In this document: positions 41,788 to 49,867 of the stretch, piece after piece
Position numbering within the stretch: position 1 is the stretch's first letter
Layout: each line of letters starts with the position of its first letter
Assembly: GCA_963796105.1 (NCBI GenBank)
Contig: CAWCKJ010000004.1
Coordinates: 1,280,001-1,344,000 of the forward strand
Length of the DNA: 64,000 nt
Direction of reading: 5' to 3'
Source of the DNA: a candidate division FCPU426 bacterium
GTDB taxonomy: Bacteria > Oederibacteriota > Muellerivitia > Muellerivitales > Muellerivitaceae
The notes under the pieces: generated by a model
The model's database searches: none
What the model was told of the DNA's origin: nothing
The model's input: the letters and a program-made list of their open reading frames with translations, nothing else
Position numbers and translations under genes: made by a program

Positions 41788-42825
41788 CTGGGATAAACCG
41801 CCCACATTCCTGCCCGCAGGTTTCGGGATTTGACGGTTTGGCTCAATCGCTCCGAAGTGGCACAATCCCCAAAAAGTGGCACAATCGGACAAATAAGCTG
41901 GTGTCAGATAAAACTGTGGTTTTATTGGTGTTTTTAACAAACCGTTTTTGATTGTGCCACCCGATTGTGCCAATTGTGCCACTCGGTTTTACCGGGTTTG
42001 GCACAATCGCCCCGAAGTGGCACAATCCGGCTCCGTGGAAAATGAGGATAAACCGCCCACATTTCCACCGGTAACCCGGGATAACCTGGTGACAGCTACG
42101 GTATTTCCGTCGGCAACCTAGGATAACCTGGTGACACCTTTCGGCATTTTCGCCGGTAAGCCGGGATAACCTGGTGACACCTACCGGTATTTCCGCCGGT
42201 AAGCCGGGATAACCTGGTGACAGCTACCGGCATTTTCGTCGGTAAGCCGGGATAACCTGGTGACACCTACCGGCATTTTCGTCGGTAAGCCAGGATAACC
42301 TGGTGACACCTACCGGCATGGGAGGATAAACCGCCCACATTTCCGGCGACATTAGGGTGGTTAACACCTGCTGTTAACACCGTGATTTTATTGGTGTTAA
42401 CGCTTAGGGCGACTGTTAACACCGCGATTTTATTGGTGTTAACACTTGGTGTGACTGTTAACACCTCGATTTTGTTGGGCCTAGGAACATGCGCCGGAAA
42501 CCCAGTCGGATAGGGCGATAAACTGCGGGCCGCCCGGGGGTTCAAGCCGTGGGCGAAGCTTGCCAGTGCAGATTTATATAGAATCTGTGCCCACATTTCC
42601 ATCGGCAACTGTCGGCATGTAGGAAAACCCGTTCACTAAGCGGAAAACCCAGTTCACTAAAGCCCAAAACCCGGTTCACTTAGGCCCAAAACCCAGTTCA
42701 CTAAAGCCCAAAACCCGGTTCACTGGGTCGAAAACTTAGTTCATTGGAAACAAAAATCCAGTTCACTAATGCTGTTGGGGCCACTATTTCCGCCGACGGT
42801 GAGGATAACCCGCCCACATTTCAAT
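41788..42825. repeat. Tandem-repeat array, right part: four repeat blocks separated by GGATAAACCGCCCACATTTCC
   Basis: Blocks TGGCACAATC, GGATAACCTGGTGACA (6x, 42-43 bp), GTTAACAC (42-bp period), AAAACCC(A/G)GTTCACT (7x, 20-22 bp); delimiter at 41791, 42046, 42324, 42589 (partial), 42803. Confidence 0.88.
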
Positions 42826-42952
42826 CATCATTTCCGGAAATGGCGATTCAAAAAATCCATAGTCAATTATTGGCTTGCTCCTTTGAAACCCACAAAAGAT
42901 GATTGGAGATCGCGGGGTAAAAGAGGACCGAATAAGCAAAAAAGGATGAGCC

Positions 42953-43705
42953 ATGGAACAAAATAAGGGTTATGAGAAGGAATTGAGAAGAATCCCCGCC
43001 AGCCGGGTGAGGATCAGCGATCGCATACCCCAATTGTTCTCGGACCCGAACGCGTTGGAAAAGAAAGCTCTGTCCATGAACAGCACCCCTTTTGTGGACC
43101 GCATCAAGGTCCGGCCCCTGACGGAGGAGGAAAAAGAGGAAGATCCCGACCACGACTTCGAGCTTTTCTACGGCGTCCTCACGTTGAAAGGCGCCCAAAT
43201 GCTGGGATGGGCCGAATTGGACGCCTATGTTTTCCAGGTCAGCTTGGAAGATTCCATCACATTGAACCACTTGGAATACCGCTATACCGAGCCCCTGACC
43301 TGGATCGAGACCTACAAGGGGATGGAAAAAATACTGAGGGAAAAACCGGATATGCCCGTGGAGCGCCTGGCCATCCAATTGCGGGAAGACCCCGTGCTGG
43401 CGAAGAAAGTCATGCGGGCCGTGAAGCTCATCAATGAAGGCGCCATGGACGCCATTTGCGTGAGCGTCCAAAACTGCCATGAGGGGAGTATTGACCTGGG
43501 GGGATACCGTTTCCGAATGGAGTTCGCGGTCCCGTTGGCCAAGCTGGAAAATATGGACCCGGACTCCCTCAAGATTGAGGCCCTTGTCGAGAGAACCGTG
43601 AAAATCGCCATCGACAACGAGATGGATATGGACGATATGCTGGACCTGGTGGATTGGGTGCTGGAGGGCAATGAACCTGGGGATTTTTATACTGAGGAAG
43701 CTTGA
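42953..43705 (+). CDS. Degenerate ParB/Srx-like protein
   Basis: IKVRP..FELFYGVLTLKGAQMLGWAELDAYV..LEYRYTEPLTWIE..VERLAIQL follows the ParB pattern YELIAGERRLRAA..ENLQREDL..QEELA. Confidence 0.65.
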   Translation: MEQNKGYEKELRRIPASRVRISDRIPQLFSDPNALEKKALSMNSTPFVDRIKVRPLTEEEKEEDPDHDFELFYGVLTLKGAQMLGWAELDAYVFQVSLEDSITLNHLEYRYTEPLTWIETYKGMEKILREKPDMPVERLAIQLREDPVLAKKVMRAVKLINEGAMDAICVSVQNCHEGSIDLGGYRFRMEFAVPLAKLENMDPDSLKIEALVERTVKIAIDNEMDMDDMLDLVDWVLEGNEPGDFYTEEA

Positions 43706-43723
43706 GCCGATCGCGGCTTTAAA

Positions 43724-43879
43724 TTAACTGCTGGTGGTCACCCCTGCTGTATTGGAATTGAATCCGGTTTGGGTATCATGGCCGAATATTTTCACCGCGG
43801 CGATGACCGCGACCGCTATTAAAGCAACTATCAAGAGGTATTCCGCCATCCCTTGGCCTTTTTGATTTAGCTTTTTCAT
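43724..43879 (-). CDS. Flp family type IVb pilin
   Basis: KGQGMAEYLLIVALIAVAVIAAV prepilin motif; GGAGG RBS. Confidence 0.85.
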   Translation of the reverse strand: MKKLNQKGQGMAEYLLIVALIAVAVIAAVKIFGHDTQTGFNSNTAGVTTSS

Positions 43880-44040
43880 GAATAAAACCTCCCAGTCTTT
43901 GTGCACTTAAAACCATTTAGAAGTGTTTCCCTAATCTTTATTCTTGATCGATGGATTATTTTAATATTACCTGGTTTTTCTTTAAATTGTTGTTTCCACA
44001 AAATCCCTCAAAAATTCTGCCCAAAACGGCAAAGCTGGGC

Positions 44041-44142
44041 TGAAGATTAAAAGAAGTTGGCAGAAGATGAGAAGTTAGCGCAAAAGCTGATAAAGTGATG
44101 AATGATCACTGCCACACGCTGCGGAGCGTGTGGCCAGACCCC
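44041..44142 (+). mobile_element. Remnant 3' end and right TIR of the Y1 transposase element
   Basis: Matches 58721-58798 (AEDEKLAQKLIK*, then CCAGACCCC) with an inserted hairpin. Confidence 0.8.
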
Positions 44143-44356
44143 TATGTTTACTTAAAGTTGGAATAATTTTTTCTTTAGAAAGTTTATAAATAGCCCTACT
44201 TACACCATAAAAAACATCTGATTTATATTCAGCTGATAGGTTATCAATAGACAAAACAAACCACCTTTATACTTTGGCCAGCTCCTGCTTTTGGGAGCTT
44301 TTTTCAACCGAAAGTTCGAATCCAGCGAAGTCGAAAACCTTTTCAACCGTTAGGGA

Positions 44357-44671
44357 TTAACTGGCTTTGCGGAAATCAAAACTAATGTCGAGATGTGCGC
44401 CACAGGCGGCGGCGATCTTTTGAAGAAAACCCAAAGAAGGGATGGACCGGTAAACTCCACTTTCAACCCGGGAAATGCCGCTTTGTTTGGTCCCGATCCG
44501 CCGGGCCAACTCCTTCTGGGTAAATCCCGCGCGTTCACGGGCTTTGCGGATGGCCCCGGCCAAACGGAATTTTTCCTCCTGCTGTTTGGCCAAAATCCGG
44601 ACTTCGGGGTCCCTTTCGAGCTTTTTAAAAAAGCCTGTCGGGTCGTAATACGGTTTATTGTTCTTTTTCAT
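44357..44671 (-). CDS. XRE-family HTH antitoxin (HigA-like)
   Basis: ARERAGFTQKELARRIGTKQSGISRVESG; overlaps the toxin stop. Confidence 0.88.
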   Translation of the reverse strand: MKKNNKPYYDPTGFFKKLERDPEVRILAKQQEEKFRLAGAIRKARERAGFTQKELARRIGTKQSGISRVESGVYRSIPSLGFLQKIAAACGAHLDISFDFRKAS

Positions 44672-45002
44672 AAGCTAAAACCTCCTTCATCCTTTTCCAA
44701 GCCAACTCAAAATCCAGCCTGGATATCTTTTGCGTCTTCTTCTTGAACGCGTGAAGCCAAAACATTTTAGGGCCGGACACCAAAACATAAGCTATCCGGT
44801 ATGAACCATCCAAACCCCTGAATTTTATTTCCCAAAGCTTCCCCTCGATTGGTTTAAAGATGACGTATGGGAACTTCAAACCCTCGCGCTCAATCCCCTT
44901 CCAAACATCCGAAAACAAGACTTTGTCATCTTTCGACAACCCCGAGATAAATTCCTCGACGGGTTTCCGGCCGGAAGGGGTTTGGTAGAAGTCCACTTTC
45001 AT
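44655..45002 (-). CDS. RelE/ParE (Gp49/DUF891-like) toxin
   Basis: FYQTPSGRKPVEEF, LWEIK, LHAFKKKTQK. Confidence 0.88.
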   Translation of the reverse strand: MKVDFYQTPSGRKPVEEFISGLSKDDKVLFSDVWKGIEREGLKFPYVIFKPIEGKLWEIKFRGLDGSYRIAYVLVSGPKMFWLHAFKKKTQKISRLDFELAWKRMKEVLAYEKEQ

Positions 45003-45140
45003 AATCAGAGTATAACACATATGTTATGTCCTAAAAAGGCCAAAAATGTGCCGGGTAGCGCCGCATGCGGCGGCCCCCCGGCGGGGCTGGAAGGTTAATC
45101 CCCTATTGCGGGATTTCCTTCAGGCTTTGCTCGAGAAACA

Positions 45141-45889
45141 GGGGTCAGGCCACACGCTCCGCAGCGTGTGGCAGTGATCATTCATCACTTTACTGTCCGC
45201 GTCACAACCGCGCAGGACATTTGTACCAGGGGCGTTATAAGGCGATTTTGGTCCATAAGGATAGTTATTTAAAGGAATTATGCAGGTATGTGGTCTTGAA
45301 TCCGGTCCGGGCCAAGATGGTCAAGCATCCGAAGGAATGGAAATGGAGCAGTTACCGGGCTACGGCAGGTTATGAGACCGAGCCGGAATGGGTGGAAAAT
45401 AAATGGCTTTTGGAACAGTTTGGAAAAGTGAAACATAAGGCGCAGGGTTTGTACCGGAAGTTCGTGTTGGAAGGTTTGAGGAAGAAAGAGAGCCCATGGG
45501 AGCAAGTAACATCGCAGATCATATTGGGGGGGGAAAGTTTTGAGGAGCACATTAAAGGGAAGATTAGGGGGAAGCATCACCATGAGGCGCACAGGGAACA
45601 ACGGAAATTGGGCTTGCCGGATGCCGAGGAAACGCTGAAAAAGATCGGGAAAATGCATGGGATTATGGTGAAAGATATGGTGGTTCCGACCCGGCAGAAA
45701 AACGAAGGGCGGGAAGCGGCGGTATGGGCCTTGCGTCAGATATGCCGATTAAGTTTAGGGGAAGTGGCTAAGAAGATGGGGGTAAAATACTCCGCGGTAA
45801 GCCATGCGGTGGCAAGGATGAAGAAACGCATTCGGGAGGAAAAGGGTCTTGAGGAAAAGATTCGTAATGCCGTTTTCAAGACCTGACCC
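45141..45889 (+). pseudogene. Internally deleted Y1/RAYT-like transposase element (left TIR fused to the 3' half of the gene)
   Basis: GGGGTCAGG TIR at 45141 is joined to HNRAGHLYQGRYK..RYVVLNPVRA..WSSY; HUH motif missing; ends in CCTGACCC. Confidence 0.85.
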
Positions 45890-46158
45890 TTATTTTCTCT
45901 GTTTGCCTGATCCGCGACGTAAACATTTCCGGAGCCATCAACCGCTACGCCACTAGGAGCGTAAAATGTTGCGTTTGTCGCGGGGCCATTGGTGGCCCCC
46001 GTGACTCCGGCTTGACCAGCCAGGATTGTTACCACGCCGCCATTTTAATGCGAGGTGGGTGCGGTGGGATTGTTGCTTTTACTGCAGGCGAAGGGAGAAA
46101 AAAATAGAAAAGCTAAAAAGAAGAGTCCGGAACCCAGAAGATAAAATAGTCGGCGCAT
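45890..46158 (-). pseudogene. Truncated NHL-repeat lipoprotein gene
   Basis: Lipoprotein leader (..FACSK), in-frame TAA at 46045-46047, one NHL repeat cut at the transposon end. Confidence 0.7.
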
Positions 46159-46257
46159 GCTTAGCCCTCCATAAATATATTTAAGAAACAAGAATAGCAC
46201 CGATCTCGATATATTTTTATGGTAGATCGGCACATGGGGAAACCTCCCGGAAAAAAA

Positions 46258-48063
46258 TTAATAAGTAAACTGCATGCAAGTAGAGGGCGCGCTTTCACCC
46301 CCTCCGTTATAAGCTTTTACAAAGAAATATCCGGTTGAAGTACACATTCCCAAAACATTATTTATACTCGTTCCCGTGACAGTGTTAGGCCAAGAAGCGG
46401 CGCTTGAGCAAGAGCTGCCAATATAGACTATGTACCCAGTACAATTGCTGACCGGGTCCCAAGATAGGGTGTCATTGATATCTTGATAGCCGCAGCAAGG
46501 CATATAGCAAAGCTGGTTTCCGCAACATTCAACTGCGGATAAATTCGTCGGCGCGGTTGGAGGAATAACCGTAATTGTGGGCGTTGGGCTTGTCGTGGCT
46601 GTTGGGGACAGGGTAATGGTCGGCGTCCATGTGATAGTGGGCGTCCTTGTAATAGTAGGTGTAGTTGTTGGAGTTGCCGTAGGGGGCGCATTGATGATTT
46701 GAACGTCGTCGATATATAGGTTGCCCGATCCTCCCGGTGACATACCCCAAAAACCGATGCCGATGGAAATTATTTGCGAAGGATCGCCTCCACTTGACCC
46801 GGGCACCACCGTGACCGGTATCCACAAACCCGAATTTATCCCCGCAACTGGGGCTATTGAACTCCCATTTTCAACTTGGGTAGTGGGCCCGCCCAGGATG
46901 CTCTGGCAAAGAATATTGATGTAGGTGTTTCCGTTCGCCACCAAGGAAGAATCCGCCATAACCCACGCTATTATTTCCTTGCCAGTCAGGTTTTGGGTGG
47001 AACCGTACCAAATCAGAATGGACCCATTACCCATTGTCGTTCCCATGTAGGTGACGGAGGCATCCAAAGCCCCTCCTCCGTTATGATAAATGCTATTCGA
47101 GATGTCCAAATTGATGCCGGTATCCGTATTAGTCCAGGGGTGCCAGCACTCCAAACTATTGTCAAAGGTGTATGAAGAAAGTACGCTGTTAGGCGCACAA
47201 AAAGTGGCCGTGGAAGTGGGGGTAAATATCGAGGTTGATGTCAGGGTGGGGGTATAAGTCGGGGCGCCAGGGGCCAAAGTCGGGCTGGGAGTCGGCGTAA
47301 GGGTGGCCGTAGAGGTATAGGTGGGGGTCGGAAGGTTCGATATCTGGACTTCGTCAATATAGAAATTGCCCGCAGCCCCTGCGGGAATGTTGTTTAATGA
47401 CACGCCCAATTCCAGCACCTGGGAAGGGTTGACACTTCCCATACCGGATCCAACCACCAAGGTCAAAGGTATCCATTGACCCGTATTGTTTCCCGCGTTG
47501 AGCGGCGTTTGGCTGCCACCTTCCCAAACAGCGGAGGACCAATTGGGTCCAGTCTGGTCCACCAATTGTAAATAGGTCGCCCAATTGGAGGCCGTTAATC
47601 CGGCATCCACGTATGCCCAGGCAGTGATTTGTTTTCCAGTTAAATCTTGGGGTGTACCAAACACTATTTCCAGCGTCGCTAGGACCTGAGTCGCCGCCGC
47701 GTTTTGTATGAAAGTGTGCAACGATCCCGTGCCGTTATGGAATACGACGCTTGAAATATCCAAGCTGTTGATGGTGGCTCCATTAGTCCAGGTTTGCCAG
47801 CATTCCAGGTTGCTATCGAATGTATATTGCGGAAGATAACTGGTTGGATTGCAGGATGTGGCTGTGGCGGTCGGGGTTGATGTCGGAGTGGAAGTCCAGC
47901 CGTTCAAATTGGTTGGGGTCGAGGTGACTGTCGGAGTATTCGTATTGCTATGACTGCCGGATGGCGAAGAGGGACTTCCCGATTTACTGCAAGAGGTTGG
48001 TAATAACCCAATGAACAAAAGCATGAATAAGCTGAAACACAGCGAATAAAAGAGCTGGCGCAT
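46258..48063 (-). CDS. Lipoprotein with TP stalks, two repeated CBM-like beta-sandwich domains and a Cys-rich FN3-like tail
   Basis: PTSC lipobox; duplicated YTFD..LECW..QDLTGK.I.AW..YIDxVQI; PTAPTNLSA..VKAYNGGGES. Confidence 0.75.
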   Translation of the reverse strand: MRQLFYSLCFSLFMLLFIGLLPTSCSKSGSPSSPSGSHSNTNTPTVTSTPTNLNGWTSTPTSTPTATATSCNPTSYLPQYTFDSNLECWQTWTNGATINSLDISSVVFHNGTGSLHTFIQNAAATQVLATLEIVFGTPQDLTGKQITAWAYVDAGLTASNWATYLQLVDQTGPNWSSAVWEGGSQTPLNAGNNTGQWIPLTLVVGSGMGSVNPSQVLELGVSLNNIPAGAAGNFYIDEVQISNLPTPTYTSTATLTPTPSPTLAPGAPTYTPTLTSTSIFTPTSTATFCAPNSVLSSYTFDNSLECWHPWTNTDTGINLDISNSIYHNGGGALDASVTYMGTTMGNGSILIWYGSTQNLTGKEIIAWVMADSSLVANGNTYINILCQSILGGPTTQVENGSSIAPVAGINSGLWIPVTVVPGSSGGDPSQIISIGIGFWGMSPGGSGNLYIDDVQIINAPPTATPTTTPTITRTPTITWTPTITLSPTATTSPTPTITVIPPTAPTNLSAVECCGNQLCYMPCCGYQDINDTLSWDPVSNCTGYIVYIGSSCSSAASWPNTVTGTSINNVLGMCTSTGYFFVKAYNGGGESAPSTCMQFTY

Positions 48064-48223
48064 GCTTAGCCCTCCATAAATATATGTAAGGGGCTAACAT
48101 AGTACCGATCACGATATATTTTTATGGCAGATCGGCACATGGAGAGACCCCCAAAATTATTTATAAAATCCAAAAGGAAAAAAACCTTCGGAAGTCTCCC
48201 CTACGATTAGAAACAACCGGCAA

Positions 48224-48252
48224 ATACTACACTTGATATATAAGTTGGTCAA
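48224..48252 (-). promoter_or_regulatory. Sigma70-type promoter
   Basis: TTGACC-17 bp-TAGTAT; the same boxes occur at 53676-53704. Confidence 0.65.
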
Positions 48253-48294
48253 CAAAGCTAAGCACGGAAAACCATTCTGATTCGGTGATATTCG

Positions 48295-49512
48295 TTAAAA
48301 CGAAATACCAATGTCCCACATGAGCACATCGTAAAGCTTCGAGCCGAATATAAATGTGTCCCGCAATCCGCCTTTGAAATATATCTTTCCCAGTTGTCGA
48401 ACCATTCCCACTTTCAGTACGGCCATAGGATCTTGCTCATTACCAAGATATGTCTCACCAATGCTGATAGTTTGGTTTAAATTCGATTTTCCGCCCTCGA
48501 TAGAAATATAGGCTGGTTCGGATTCAATAAATAAATCTTCCCCATTATCATCCTTGAGATTCTGGCCGTTTTTATCCTTCAGAAATGTTTTTCCTTTTAA
48601 AAAGAAAGTAAATCCCCCGGATAAATCAGTCTCCGTGATTGAGGATGACCCCCCTGAACTCAGGGCCATGAAATCCAATAACAAATCGTCATAAGCGACA
48701 GATCCGGATAAATAAACCGGACCAGCAATATGGATACCGACGGAGCCTTCAATTCCGATTCCGAAATAAACGTCCCCTAATGTGGCGAAACCAAATTGGG
48801 GTTCAATATCCAAATAGAGGGGGTCATTGAACGTCCAACGTGACCCCGTAGATTGGGCCCCCACGGCGGCGCTCGATTGAGGATTCGAAGTCAAGGCCCC
48901 AGCTTCCGTCAATTTCACCTTACTCAGATCGAGGCTTTTTCCGATGGACATGAAAAGTTTCCGGTATTGGGGGAAATCCAACGCGGTGGAACAGCCGTAC
49001 AAGGCGAAACCCACCTTCCCTTTCTCAAACATGAAAACGACGGTTCTCAGTTCGGTTCCAAGCATTTTGTATGTGTAAATGGCGTATTTCCCATGAGAAT
49101 GGGCCGCCTTGATATTTCCTGTCTTTTCAATCTTGAACCCCTCCAACTCGGCTGATATGAATTTAAGGTGTTGATTTACAAATTCATCCAGGGGCAAGTT
49201 CGAACTCAGGGCCTTTGTCACGAAGGTGACATGCTCATTGTTGTTATTAGATGAGGGTCTATCCGCCTCCATGCGAACAAGATAATTACCCACGGTCTGT
49301 TTCATCTCCTTGGGTGGCCACTCAGCAGGAAGTAAGAAGGAAACGTTTTCGGGGGCGTATGTGTAGAGGGTTGTCGGAAGGGATAGCGCTACGGGAGGAC
49401 TGGCCTTTTTCGTTTGGTCCGCCAGGCAGGGGGTCAACGCCAGCGATATCGTCACTAGAAATTGCGCCGAAACCAACAACAAACTTTTACTTGAGAAAAT
49501 TTTATTCAACAT
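48295..49512 (-). CDS. Secreted protein: PsbP/DcrB-like N-terminal domain plus probable outer-membrane beta-barrel
   Basis: Signal peptide; SFLLPAEW..F..IGKSL; alternating strands ending WDIGISF. Confidence 0.6.
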   Translation of the reverse strand: MLNKIFSSKSLLLVSAQFLVTISLALTPCLADQTKKASPPVALSLPTTLYTYAPENVSFLLPAEWPPKEMKQTVGNYLVRMEADRPSSNNNNEHVTFVTKALSSNLPLDEFVNQHLKFISAELEGFKIEKTGNIKAAHSHGKYAIYTYKMLGTELRTVVFMFEKGKVGFALYGCSTALDFPQYRKLFMSIGKSLDLSKVKLTEAGALTSNPQSSAAVGAQSTGSRWTFNDPLYLDIEPQFGFATLGDVYFGIGIEGSVGIHIAGPVYLSGSVAYDDLLLDFMALSSGGSSSITETDLSGGFTFFLKGKTFLKDKNGQNLKDDNGEDLFIESEPAYISIEGGKSNLNQTISIGETYLGNEQDPMAVLKVGMVRQLGKIYFKGGLRDTFIFGSKLYDVLMWDIGISF

Positions 49513-49578
49513 CAGATCGCCTCCCTGAAATATTTACTTCTATTATTAATGAATCAGTCTCTATCAATTATTAACTGA

Positions 49579-49818
49579 TCAACGAACGATGATATGTCCG
49601 CTCGGCACCTGGGAACTTGCCGTTTTATGTTGACTCTTGGATTTCAAAGGAAAAGGGGGTGGTTTTAATTTTCCTTTTTCCACATTTTTCATCGGCCCCG
49701 AATAAGGCGGACGGGTATGTACTCTTTTATGCTTCGCCTTCGGTATAGCTTGCTGGGCCCAAACTGTTGACGCGCAGAGGATTAATCCGGCCATCACGAT
49801 CATGATTATATTTCTCAG
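49579..49818 (-). CDS. Small basic secreted protein (CTG 49818 or ATG 49803 start)
   Basis: AAGGAGG 5 nt before CTG; signal peptide ending VWA|Q; K/R/P-rich mature part. Confidence 0.6.
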   Translation of the reverse strand: MRNIIMIVMAGLILCASTVWAQQAIPKAKHKRVHTRPPYSGPMKNVEKGKLKPPPFPLKSKSQHKTASSQVPSGHIIVR

Positions 49819-49867
49819 TGAATCCTCCTTAAAATTCCCGCCAATTATTCCTTGTTTCCTGGGTTCA

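Noticed and set aside
42079..42320. CRISPR array (GGATAACCTGGTGACA units)
   Set aside because: The intervening sequences are near-identical rather than unique spacers; the 42-43 bp period is too short; the cas1 fragment is 18 kb away
43470..43492. Weak palindrome inside the ParB-like gene as a self-encoded binding site
   Set aside because: Only about 7 of 9 arm positions match, and it resembles none of the upstream repeat blocks
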